Origin: Deltaproteobacteria bacterium
Lineage (GTDB): Bacteria; Bdellovibrionota_F; JAHFAK01
NCBI GenBank assembly: GCA_023250585.1
Contig: JAHFAK010000001.1
Location: 232 to 64,231, forward strand
Reading direction: 5' to 3'
Length of the DNA stretch: 64,000 nucleotides
Notes under the pieces: generated by a model
The model's input: only the letters and a program-made list of their open reading frames with translations
Told to the model about the DNA's origin: nothing
The model's database searches: none
In this document: in pieces, positions 38,374 through 47,163 of the stretch
Position numbering within the stretch: position 1 is the first letter of the stretch
Layout: every line of letters starts with the position of its first letter
Program-made: the position numbers and the translations under genes

Positions 38374-39564
38374 CTATTTCCCATGAAAGTAGGTGACTTT
38401 TTTTCTCTTACCATCCCAATGAATATCGGGAATGAGAACCTCTTTCTTTGCTTCTATACGATCTCGATATTTAATAAGATCCTGTAACATGATATGAATC
38501 TCTGCTTCCATATCTTTTGTTGGTTGATAGCCTAGTTCTAGTAGCTTTTTATGATCGGGTTTATAGTAATGTTCTTCCGCTTCATACCGTGGATTTTCAA
38601 CATTCTTAACTTCTACTTTTAATCCCAGATCTCTTCCTACACTTTTTACTTTTAAGGCCAATTGTGTAATATCATATACTTCTTCAAACTGATTGAAGAC
38701 TCGATATTCTCCTTGTGCAGGAGGATTTTCAATAACAAGCGTTAAACACTGGATTGAATCTTTCAGAGGCAAGAAACCCCGTTTTTGATGACCCTTTCCA
38801 AATGGAGAAAGTGGTTGATCAACTACAGCTTGGCAACAGAAACGATTGATAGCTGTTCCAAAACACTGGTCAAAATCAAGTCTCGTCAGCAAACGATCAT
38901 CTTCGTTCATTTCAAGAATACGCGAACCATATACTATTCCTTGCATAATATCAGAAGAACGAAGTCCCCAAATACGACAGGCAAGCATGACATTATTGCT
39001 ATCATGTACTTTACTTTGATGGTACCAACTACCCGCTTGCCGAGGAAAAGGAAGATTTTCTTTTCGACCACGATATTCAATCTCAAAAAACCCTTCAGGA
39101 ATATCTATGTTTGGTGTGCCGTACTCCCCCATAGTTCCCAGCTTTATAAGATGACCTTGTGGTGTTATATTCTTCATAGCATAGAGGACATTAAGAGTAC
39201 CTACAATATTGTTTGTCTGCGTCCACGCAGCATGTTTAGCATCAATCATACTGTAAGGAGCAGATGGATTTTCGCCTAAATGGACAATGGCTTCAGGTTT
39301 GAAATCTCTGAATATCTGTTCCACAAAATCGTAATGAATAAGATCCCCCTTAGAAAAAAAGAGTTCCTTTTTAAAGTGATCCTCAAAAGCTTTCAGACGT
39401 TCTGGCATTTCGTGAATAGGGAGAGCAGAATGGGAATCCATTTCACTCACACATTCTCGACGTGAAAAATTATCTATTCCTCCTATGGTATAACCTTTCG
39501 AAGCAAGACGTAGTGCAAGAGACCAACCTAAATATCCATCAATACCTAAAATAAGAACTCTCAT
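38374..39564 (-). CDS. sqdB: UDP-sulfoquinovose synthase
   Basis: Collinear with plant SQD1 and cyanobacterial SqdB: MRVLILGIDGYLGWSLALRL (SQD1 VMVIGGDGYCGWATALHL), GENPSAPYSMID, KLGTMGEYGTPNIDIPEG, YHQSKVHDS, FGTAINRFCCQAVVDQPL, RVFNQF, NPRYEAEEHYY. Confidence 0.9.
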   Translation of the reverse strand: MRVLILGIDGYLGWSLALRLASKGYTIGGIDNFSRRECVSEMDSHSALPIHEMPERLKAFEDHFKKELFFSKGDLIHYDFVEQIFRDFKPEAIVHLGENPSAPYSMIDAKHAAWTQTNNIVGTLNVLYAMKNITPQGHLIKLGTMGEYGTPNIDIPEGFFEIEYRGRKENLPFPRQAGSWYHQSKVHDSNNVMLACRIWGLRSSDIMQGIVYGSRILEMNEDDRLLTRLDFDQCFGTAINRFCCQAVVDQPLSPFGKGHQKRGFLPLKDSIQCLTLVIENPPAQGEYRVFNQFEEVYDITQLALKVKSVGRDLGLKVEVKNVENPRYEAEEHYYKPDHKKLLELGYQPTKDMEAEIHIMLQDLIKYRDRIEAKKEVLIPDIHWDGKRKKVTYFHGK

Positions 39565-39576
39565 GAAAAACTCCTA

Positions 39577-40899
39577 TCACAATTGAACTTGATTACCTTT
39601 GGTTTTAAGAAAATGAGCTTGAAAATATCTCCATACATATGTCATCCCTGCCCCAGCATACAAAGCTAAAAATGGCTCCAAAGGAAGCCGTGCTCGCATA
39701 CTCGATCTTATCAATGTAAATATAAAAACGAGTGAGATACAATAACCCCATATGACTAAATGGCTCCTAAACATTTTTCGTGCTCTTATAAGCCCAACAA
39801 GAGCTAACAACAAAATAGGTCCATAGGTCACTATACTCATTACTTTAAAAGGTGATGCCGTAAAAGAACTTTCTGAAATAGTTTCTTCCGGATAAAACCT
39901 CCACAAATTTAGAAATCGTTCAAGACAAAGGACAAGGAATTGTAGAGGATGAGATCTAATAAAATCTGTTGACTTAGCAGTAAAAATTCTATTTTTTGCC
40001 AAATCATTTTCATCTTTTAGTTCTTCTTCTATTCTAGGTAAAATATTGTTAGTAAACTGTAGAAAGTTTTCCTTTCTATTAAATCCAGATGAAAATTCAT
40101 TATTATGCATATATAAAACTTTTCCTACATTGCTTTTTGTAGTCAAAAACTCCCCAAGAACAAAATAATTACGTATACCCCAGAGACATACCGTTGAATA
40201 AAAAATAAGCATAAATAGCACTGTTTTTGTTACCCTCTTTATTAATGACTCGTGTCTTAAGATATACATTACGATGAAGAAAGCAAGAATGATAAAAGGG
40301 CTTAAGATTGAAATTGTAAAATTGGCCAATCCAAAAAGTAATGCGGATAACCAAAGAAAAGACGGTTTCGTACATGCCAGTGAGAAGCTCAAAATTCCTA
40401 ACACCACAAGAAGAGTAAAAAATGTTTCTGGAAGAATAAGAACAGATGAAAAAATAAGAATAGGATAACAAGCAACAATAAACATAGCACATAGAGCACT
40501 CGTTTTTCCAAAAATATGGCGCGTTAGAAAATATACGCAAGGCATCATACTTGAATTAAGGCATGCTAGGATAATGCGTGTCCATAGAATATCTCCATCT
40601 CCTAAATGAAAATAAATTGAAAGTACATAGGGAAAAAATGGCATGATATTAGTTTTACTCCCCCACCCTTTACCTTCAAATAATCGAAGGGCTGCTGGGT
40701 AATAATCGTTTATTTCATCAGGCCATATAAAACGATCACCTGTAACAAAAACAGCAACAATTATACGAAGGGCACCTCCGATGAAACATATAAAAAGTGG
40801 AATAATCACACTATTTGAGTTATTTCCACCAACTCTTGATAATAGTTTTTCCAAAGTTAAATCCATAATTCCAATCAGTGCCTTTTTTTGTAATACCAT
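39577..40899 (-). CDS. GT-C fold membrane glycosyltransferase (ArnT/PMT-like, GT83/GT39-type)
   Basis: About 11 TM helices. First periplasmic-loop motif FIWPDEINDYYPAALRL (the DE motif of GT-C enzymes). Follows a membrane GT2. Start may be further downstream; 80-nt overlap with the upstream gene as drawn. Confidence 0.55.
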   Translation of the reverse strand: MVLQKKALIGIMDLTLEKLLSRVGGNNSNSVIIPLFICFIGGALRIIVAVFVTGDRFIWPDEINDYYPAALRLFEGKGWGSKTNIMPFFPYVLSIYFHLGDGDILWTRIILACLNSSMMPCVYFLTRHIFGKTSALCAMFIVACYPILIFSSVLILPETFFTLLVVLGILSFSLACTKPSFLWLSALLFGLANFTISILSPFIILAFFIVMYILRHESLIKRVTKTVLFMLIFYSTVCLWGIRNYFVLGEFLTTKSNVGKVLYMHNNEFSSGFNRKENFLQFTNNILPRIEEELKDENDLAKNRIFTAKSTDFIRSHPLQFLVLCLERFLNLWRFYPEETISESSFTASPFKVMSIVTYGPILLLALVGLIRARKMFRSHLVIWGYCISLVFIFTLIRSSMRARLPLEPFLALYAGAGMTYVWRYFQAHFLKTKGNQVQL

Positions 40900-41863
40900 A
40901 TTTTCTTGTATGAATTATTATAGAAACCTCTCCTATACGAAGGCCTTTTTTAGCAGACTCAAGTATTACCTCTGCAGATTGGAATTGATCTTCTTTTAGT
41001 TGAAGACACTTAAGAGCATTAACATTAAAAGCCTTGAGGCCGCTCGAACAATCAGTCAATCGTACATTGGCAAGAAAGTTAATAATTCTTGTAAAAAATC
41101 GAATCCCTATCTTTCTTAATGTACTCCCTCTATAAGCTCCCATCATTCGGGATCCAATCACGAGATCCTTTTCTCCGTTTATAATTGGAGCTACTAATTT
41201 TTCAATTTCAAGAGGAGAATGTTGAAGATCTGCATCCATGGTGACTCCAATAGGAATATTATAGTTAACTAAAACATCGTACCCTAGTCTCGATGCAGCT
41301 CCTTGTCCACGATTAATCTTATTTTTGACAACGACAGCTCCACTCTCACAACTCACTCCCGCAGTGTTATCAGTACTTCCATCATCAATGACAAGAATTC
41401 CTACTGATCTTCTTTGAATCGTGCGAGGTATCTTACTAAGGAGTTCTTGTAAGTTTGCTTCTTCATTGAATGCAGGAATGATAATGACAATTTCCTTATT
41501 AAAAAGTTCCTTGTCCAAAACATTCTTAGCTTCTTCATATCCCAAACGACGAAGGAGAAGATCAATTTGATGTCTCATATCATCAAACAATGATTTTGTA
41601 TAGAAGAAAAAAATCCATATGACAAAATTTGAAGCTATAAGCAAAGCTAATATTCGTCCTCTCTGATGCATTGCCAATTGCAACATTTCTGCAATTGCAT
41701 TGAGAATATTTGGGTTAGAACTTACTAAAAGGAGTGACACACTGAAACACGCGGAAAAAACAAAATTCATCCTTCTCCATTTAGGTCCTCTATAGAAAAT
41801 AAAACTTAAGACAAGACCTATTAGACCTAAACTAAAACCAAATATACGTAGACTTGAAAACAT
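40820..41863 (-). CDS. membrane-anchored GT2 glycosyltransferase (polyprenyl-phosphate sugar synthase, ArnC/DPM1/GtrB-like)
   Basis: Three N-terminal TM helices, then IVIIIPAFNEEANLQELLSKI and GILVIDDGSTDNT GT2 motifs. Confidence 0.75.
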   Translation of the reverse strand: MFSSLRIFGFSLGLIGLVLSFIFYRGPKWRRMNFVFSACFSVSLLLVSSNPNILNAIAEMLQLAMHQRGRILALLIASNFVIWIFFFYTKSLFDDMRHQIDLLLRRLGYEEAKNVLDKELFNKEIVIIIPAFNEEANLQELLSKIPRTIQRRSVGILVIDDGSTDNTAGVSCESGAVVVKNKINRGQGAASRLGYDVLVNYNIPIGVTMDADLQHSPLEIEKLVAPIINGEKDLVIGSRMMGAYRGSTLRKIGIRFFTRIINFLANVRLTDCSSGLKAFNVNALKCLQLKEDQFQSAEVILESAKKGLRIGEVSIIIHTRKYGITKKGTDWNYGFNFGKTIIKSWWK

Positions 41864-41869
41864 ATAATA

Positions 41870-42823
41870 TTATTGAGAAGTATAACTTTCTTTGAAATAG
41901 TCGAACGTTTTTTGTAGACCCTCTCGTAAATTAGTTCTTATACTAAATCCTAAATCTTTTTTAGCTTTTGTACTATCTGCATAATTTCTTACGACTTCCC
42001 ACTCTGATCTTTGCATATGAGCTATTTCTACTCGATATTTACCTTCTCTTTCAATAACCTGCTTGATGAGAATAACCAGATCTTTTATACTTGTTTCTCG
42101 ATTGGTACCAATATGAAAAATTTCTCCACATCCTTTCTTTTGAATTGCACAAAGAATAGCTTCACAAAGGTCATCAACAAATATAAAATCTCTTGTTTGT
42201 GAACCATCTCCGTAAATAATAATAGATTTTTTCTCAAGAACGTTTTTCATACATTTTGCCACGACACTATTTTTATGTAGGGAAAAGGGTCCATAGACAT
42301 TGCTAAATCGAAGAATAGTTGAAGGAATTCCAAAGCTTTTTGTGTAAGCTCGAGTATATCCCTCACACGAAAGCTTCCCCGCCCCATAAGGAGAAGTAGG
42401 TTTTGCTGCAAGCTCTTCATTATAGGGAGGATTAACCTCTCCCAAAGCAGCACCAGATGAGGCAAGAATAAAACTTGAGACTCGCGCCTCACGGGCCGCT
42501 TCAAGCATATTAAGAGTACCTCGAACATTTATTTCAAAATCTACTCGTGGATTATTAAGTGAAGGAGCAATTCCCGTCGAAGCAGCAAGATGAATAACAA
42601 CATTACAATCTGAACAAGCATTTTGACAACTCTTATAATCTAAAATATCTGCCTCGCGTACTTCTATAGATGGATCTATTTTCATTATTGTTTCTCGACG
42701 TCCGATACTAAGATTATCCAGGATACAAAGAGTAAGATTAGGTATTCTTTGACGAAGCATTATAATAAGATTTGTTCCAATAAATCCACACCCGCCAGTA
42801 ATAAGCCATCTTTGAGTTGTCAT
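41870..42823 (-). CDS. NAD-dependent nucleotide-sugar epimerase/dehydratase (extended SDR; UDP-GlcA decarboxylase or 4-epimerase type)
   Basis: WLITGGCGFIGTNLI, catalytic YGAGKLSCE (YxxxK). 317 aa. Confidence 0.85.
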   Translation of the reverse strand: MTTQRWLITGGCGFIGTNLIIMLRQRIPNLTLCILDNLSIGRRETIMKIDPSIEVREADILDYKSCQNACSDCNVVIHLAASTGIAPSLNNPRVDFEINVRGTLNMLEAAREARVSSFILASSGAALGEVNPPYNEELAAKPTSPYGAGKLSCEGYTRAYTKSFGIPSTILRFSNVYGPFSLHKNSVVAKCMKNVLEKKSIIIYGDGSQTRDFIFVDDLCEAILCAIQKKGCGEIFHIGTNRETSIKDLVILIKQVIEREGKYRVEIAHMQRSEWEVVRNYADSTKAKKDLGFSIRTNLREGLQKTFDYFKESYTSQ

Positions 42824-42877
42824 AAATTTTTATAATTGTTTCCTACAAGAAGTATGTTCGTGAATATTTAACTCATT

Positions 42878-44266
42878 CTAAATTTTAATTTGAACTAGAT
42901 CATATTCCTGATATTGAATAGAGTTAAGTTTTATGATCAATCCAGTAATTATAAAAGTACTTGGGGTGAGATAGAAGGTTCTTACAATGCCGGTCATGAC
43001 GAGCGCTAGGTAAATTCCTGTTAGAAACAACGGCAGATGATCAATGGTATCTTTTGGCTGACGAAAATAGGTTCGGAGCCCATACCCTATAGTAAAAATA
43101 ACAATTAAAATTTGAGTTAAGAAACCCCAGATTCCAGTATCACCAAGAAAGATAATAAAATTCGAGTGGGACCCATATTTAACCGGATACCGCTTATAGA
43201 CAAAATCATCAAAATTTTCCGAGCCTCTCCCAAAACCAAGATTGTCAAAACCATGTATCATCGCAAGTTTCATATGACTCGAAAAAAATTCAATCTGAAT
43301 AGATCTCATACTTTCAATAAATGGATTTACTCTTTTAATAAGATGGATTGGCGTCTTAATTGTTGTTGTCTCGCTTAATTTAATTTCTGATCTGTCAAAA
43401 AAAGATGAAGTATTGCTCACATAGAGGCCTATTATAATAAACAATACAATAAATGAAGTTTTATAAAAATTAAATACCAAAGGAAAAAACCGACGATCTT
43501 TCGAACGGTAGAAAATATAAATGAATGATAAGAACGCTCCAAGGCCGAGATATGAACTACGTGAAACCGAAAGCACTATCGTCACAAAGAATAGAGAAGT
43601 TATAAACATAAATTTTAGTGTTTTATATTTATATATACCATATATTGATAAACTGAAAGGAATAATCAACCATGGGCCAAAACCATCTCCAATGAACCCT
43701 GTCATATAGGCAAAGCCAGGGATAGAGAAAGCACCTGTTCCATATCCAAATGCTTTCATCCCAGATTGTCCCCGGAAGAGTTCTTTCAATGGAGGAAAAA
43801 TCATTTCATTAAAAAAATAATATCCAATAAGCTGAGTTAATCCCATAACACAATTGAAAATCCCTCCTAGAATAAAAAACTTAATTGCTTTTTCTACATG
43901 CTGTCTCGTCTTTAGAAAAAAAATCACGTAGAAAAAGCAAAGCATATTTTCGAGGAAATACCCTCCTGCACCACGTAAAGCATCTATAGGACTATCAGCA
44001 ACCACAGCTCCGAACATACAAATAAGAAAGAAAATAAAATAAAGAGCCCCTATTATACTAATCTGGGGTACTTGTTGACGAACACAAGCAATCAGAATTA
44101 CAATGGGTAAAGCAAGGATGACAAGAAGATTAATTGGTGTTAGTCCTACATTCCCAAGTTCAACGGCATAGACACCAAATCCAGAAAGAAAGATTATAAG
44201 ATAAATAAAGCTAGCTCCAGGATTTATTCGTACTATCGGTAATTTAAAGCTTGCTACTTTTTCCAT
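42878..44266 (-). CDS. O-antigen polymerase/ligase-like polytopic membrane protein (Wzy/WaaL superfamily)
   Basis: 462 aa, at least 10 TM helices, with a larger loop near the C-terminal third. Context in an O-antigen locus. No strong motif. Confidence 0.45.
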   Translation of the reverse strand: MEKVASFKLPIVRINPGASFIYLIIFLSGFGVYAVELGNVGLTPINLLVILALPIVILIACVRQQVPQISIIGALYFIFFLICMFGAVVADSPIDALRGAGGYFLENMLCFFYVIFFLKTRQHVEKAIKFFILGGIFNCVMGLTQLIGYYFFNEMIFPPLKELFRGQSGMKAFGYGTGAFSIPGFAYMTGFIGDGFGPWLIIPFSLSIYGIYKYKTLKFMFITSLFFVTIVLSVSRSSYLGLGAFLSFIYIFYRSKDRRFFPLVFNFYKTSFIVLFIIIGLYVSNTSSFFDRSEIKLSETTTIKTPIHLIKRVNPFIESMRSIQIEFFSSHMKLAMIHGFDNLGFGRGSENFDDFVYKRYPVKYGSHSNFIIFLGDTGIWGFLTQILIVIFTIGYGLRTYFRQPKDTIDHLPLFLTGIYLALVMTGIVRTFYLTPSTFIITGLIIKLNSIQYQEYDLVQIKI

Positions 44267-45168
44267 TGCAACCCCATTTTTCCCCGTAATCCATCAAAGA
44301 ATCCTAACCAACAGGTCCATCCATAATGAGGATATCCCTGAAAGGTTCTTATAACAAATTTCATTGGTAATTCTAACAACCCCATGTAAAAAACAGAAAA
44401 GATATAGTTCATTGTTGTTCCATATTTTCGCGCTAGGTAGAGTCTATTTCTTTGAATTAAGTATCCTTGAAACGTATTAAATTGTTGTGGAAGAGATTTG
44501 TGCCGTACACGACACCTGAGATCAACATAGGCTTTTAACCCTGCTGTACGTATTTGAAAACCAAGATCAATCTCTTCCCCATACATAAATAATTTTTCAT
44601 CTAACCGAATTCCCTTTTGCAAAGCTTTTTGAGAAAAAAGAATCAATGCTCCTTGCACATAATCTACCTCTAATACTTCATTGTCAGGCATATTATACGG
44701 AAGAGTTCTTTCCCAATGACCGCGAGCTTTTAAAAATGAAAATCCTTTCCCCCCTATAGTTCGTATTTCTTTTGTTTGATAATTCTCTTCTATAACTCCA
44801 ACCATTCCACAATTGGGCATCTTTTCGGCTGTTTCAACGAGGTGTTGAAGCATATCAGGGCCACAGATAAGATCATGATTACTAATTAAAACATAATTAA
44901 ATCCTTCACGAAGTCCACGATCAAAAGCCCAATTATTACCACCTGTATAACCATGATTTTGATTAAGGACAACAACTTCAAGATCAGGAAAGGTATTTTT
45001 GATAGTTTCTCCAACAGGATTTGGAGATGCATTATCAACAACTTGAAGATAAAAATTCTGATAACTCTGATTTCGAAAGCACTTTACTGCCTCGAGAGTG
45101 TCTTCAACGTTGTTATATGTTAGTATTGATACAAGAACTTTAGGGTCTGTTTTATATTCTCTTTTCAT
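44254..45168 (-). CDS. GT2-family glycosyltransferase (rhamnosyltransferase-like)
   Basis: LVSILTYNNVEDTLEAVKCF, VVDNASPN, and a later DLRCRVRH region typical of soluble GT2 O-antigen transferases. Confidence 0.8.
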   Translation of the reverse strand: MKREYKTDPKVLVSILTYNNVEDTLEAVKCFRNQSYQNFYLQVVDNASPNPVGETIKNTFPDLEVVVLNQNHGYTGGNNWAFDRGLREGFNYVLISNHDLICGPDMLQHLVETAEKMPNCGMVGVIEENYQTKEIRTIGGKGFSFLKARGHWERTLPYNMPDNEVLEVDYVQGALILFSQKALQKGIRLDEKLFMYGEEIDLGFQIRTAGLKAYVDLRCRVRHKSLPQQFNTFQGYLIQRNRLYLARKYGTTMNYIFSVFYMGLLELPMKFVIRTFQGYPHYGWTCWLGFFDGLRGKMGLQWKK

Positions 45169-45204
45169 AAGTTTGATATCTTCCCTAGATAATTTATATC
45201 AGGA

Positions 45205-47136
45205 CTAATTTCTTACTGAGAAATCTTTTACCTTGGGAAATATTTTCTCGCTGACGAAAAAATCAAAATTCTTGGAATGACGAGATATACATTGAATGAG
45301 CTTCTCTTTTAAATTAACATCAATTTTTGATCCGTTTAAATAAATAATGATTCGTTCATAAAATTCACCGCGAGCAATACCATGTCTTTCTTCCTGAAGA
45401 ATATGTATATTTTCAAGGTTAATCCTTGAAGTAGCACGTTCTCGAGAAGAAGCAAACAATATATATCCGCCTAATCGATCAATTATTTTCAGTTGATAAC
45501 TATCAAGATATACTAATTCAGCAATAGCATAATCTTTTTTATTTTGTACTCCATCAGCATCAAATAATGAAGAACCATGTCGGAATGAAACATCATTAAG
45601 ATGATATAAGGATGACAAAGTTGGGAGAAGGTCAATAGATGATTCAAGCAATTCATCGCACTCACCATTCTGAAGAGGAAACTCATTTGAATACAAAAGA
45701 AATGGAGTTCTAATTTCTTCATCAGATAAATTATTTCCTAAAGGATGAGTAAATGAATATCCATGATCCGAAGTAAGAATTACGCTTACATTTTCTCTTT
45801 TTTCAAGAAGACTGAAGACTTCTCCTAACTCTTGATCAACCTCTCGGAGCTTGTCGCGATAGCAATCATCAAGAAATGCAAAATCTTCAGCGTTTAAGTT
45901 GTTTTGAAATGACCTTTTAACGTAATGGTTGATGGTTTCCTGAAAAAGTAAATAGTTTTTTTGTTGTCTTCCCGAACTATGAAGGTAGGGAAAATGTGTA
46001 TCAAAAATATGAACAAATCCAAAAAAAGGAATATCAGAAAAATTCCTTAAATAGTTTTTTAGTTCCCTTAGCTCTAAATATACATTATTTGGTCCTTTTT
46101 CTCCTGGAGAATTATATTTTCCTTCAACAGTTTGGCTAAAACTAAAATGTTCAAACCCTCTATGATGCCCAAGTGCTTGATTACATCGACGATGAGAGAC
46201 AGAAGCATACGTATAAAATCCCTTATTACGGAAAAGCTCAGCAAGTGTAGGGATAGTTCGAGATAATGGAGAGCTATAACGATCGGGATCTACCACATTG
46301 TGATTAGAAGCATAACGAGATAAAGACATAGATGCAAACGTAGGTAAAGTCCAATTACTTTGTGCAAAACTATTTTTATAATAAATTCCTTTTTTAAAAA
46401 AATGATCAATTGCGGGAGTTTCAGTTCTCATGGGATTATAAATACCCAGATCGTTGGGTCTAAGAGCATCGAGAATAAAAACCAAGAGCATTTGTGGTAT
46501 CTGTTTTTTTTTACGAATTATAGGAGATGAAATACAAACGCGGCTATCATTATGATCAACTTTCCAGCTCATTGTAACTGCATCCTCTACATTAAAAGAA
46601 GAAGGAAATTTGAATTCAAAAAGATCCCAATGATTTTCAAGAGACGAAATTTTTTTATGAAGTATCATTTGTTTTTGCTCTTTTTGTTCAAGAAATACCT
46701 GTAATGACCCCTTCCGAGATGAGAGTTTTTGACAACCAATAAAAAGACGAATTGTTTCAATTTCTGATAGATGAACTGTCATTGGGAGATCGCCTTGTGC
46801 GGCATAAGCAGTAGAAAAACTATTCTTAAAAGTATGATCAATAGAATATTTTGCATACATATCAGGTGCTGACGGCAAAAAATCTGGAATCAGTAATATT
46901 TCTTCATTAAGAAACGATGAAAAATTTTTTCTCAAAGCCTGAAGTGTATATTTAAAAGTAGCATAACTAAGAAAATATAATGATCTTGTTTTATTAATTT
47001 TCACTCGTTCACTGGTTTTTATATCAAAGAAAGAAACCAATTCTCCATCTCCATAGCGAAGAATGCGAATAAACCTTAAGATTTGCTCACGGATTTTTTT
47101 TAGTTTTTTTTTCATAAACTTAAGAATAGCATCCAA
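45205..47136 (-). CDS. alkaline-phosphatase-superfamily protein, sulfatase-like fold with Thr in place of the formylglycine Cys
   Basis: MLLVFILDALRPNDLGIYNP...TPAIDHF matches the sulfatase N-terminal metal-site block. The expected C-x-P-x-R is SNWTLPTFA (Cys to Thr, Arg to Phe). About 280-aa N-terminal extension without TM helices. Confidence 0.55.
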   Translation of the reverse strand: MDAILKFMKKKLKKIREQILRFIRILRYGDGELVSFFDIKTSERVKINKTRSLYFLSYATFKYTLQALRKNFSSFLNEEILLIPDFLPSAPDMYAKYSIDHTFKNSFSTAYAAQGDLPMTVHLSEIETIRLFIGCQKLSSRKGSLQVFLEQKEQKQMILHKKISSLENHWDLFEFKFPSSFNVEDAVTMSWKVDHNDSRVCISSPIIRKKKQIPQMLLVFILDALRPNDLGIYNPMRTETPAIDHFFKKGIYYKNSFAQSNWTLPTFASMSLSRYASNHNVVDPDRYSSPLSRTIPTLAELFRNKGFYTYASVSHRRCNQALGHHRGFEHFSFSQTVEGKYNSPGEKGPNNVYLELRELKNYLRNFSDIPFFGFVHIFDTHFPYLHSSGRQQKNYLLFQETINHYVKRSFQNNLNAEDFAFLDDCYRDKLREVDQELGEVFSLLEKRENVSVILTSDHGYSFTHPLGNNLSDEEIRTPFLLYSNEFPLQNGECDELLESSIDLLPTLSSLYHLNDVSFRHGSSLFDADGVQNKKDYAIAELVYLDSYQLKIIDRLGGYILFASSRERATSRINLENIHILQEERHGIARGEFYERIIIYLNGSKIDVNLKEKLIQCISRHSKNFDFFVSEKIFPKVKDFSVRN

Positions 47137-47163
47137 ATAAGTGCTTCATGTTTCTATTCCATC

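Noticed and set aside
38785-39279. 164-aa plus-strand ORF
   Set aside because: Lies entirely antisense within the strongly supported sqdB gene. No motifs. Low-complexity composition typical of antisense frames in AT-rich DNA.
40169-40540. 123-aa minus-strand ORF inside the GT-C membrane protein gene (different frame)
   Set aside because: Nested alternative frame of a long polytopic membrane protein ORF. No support.
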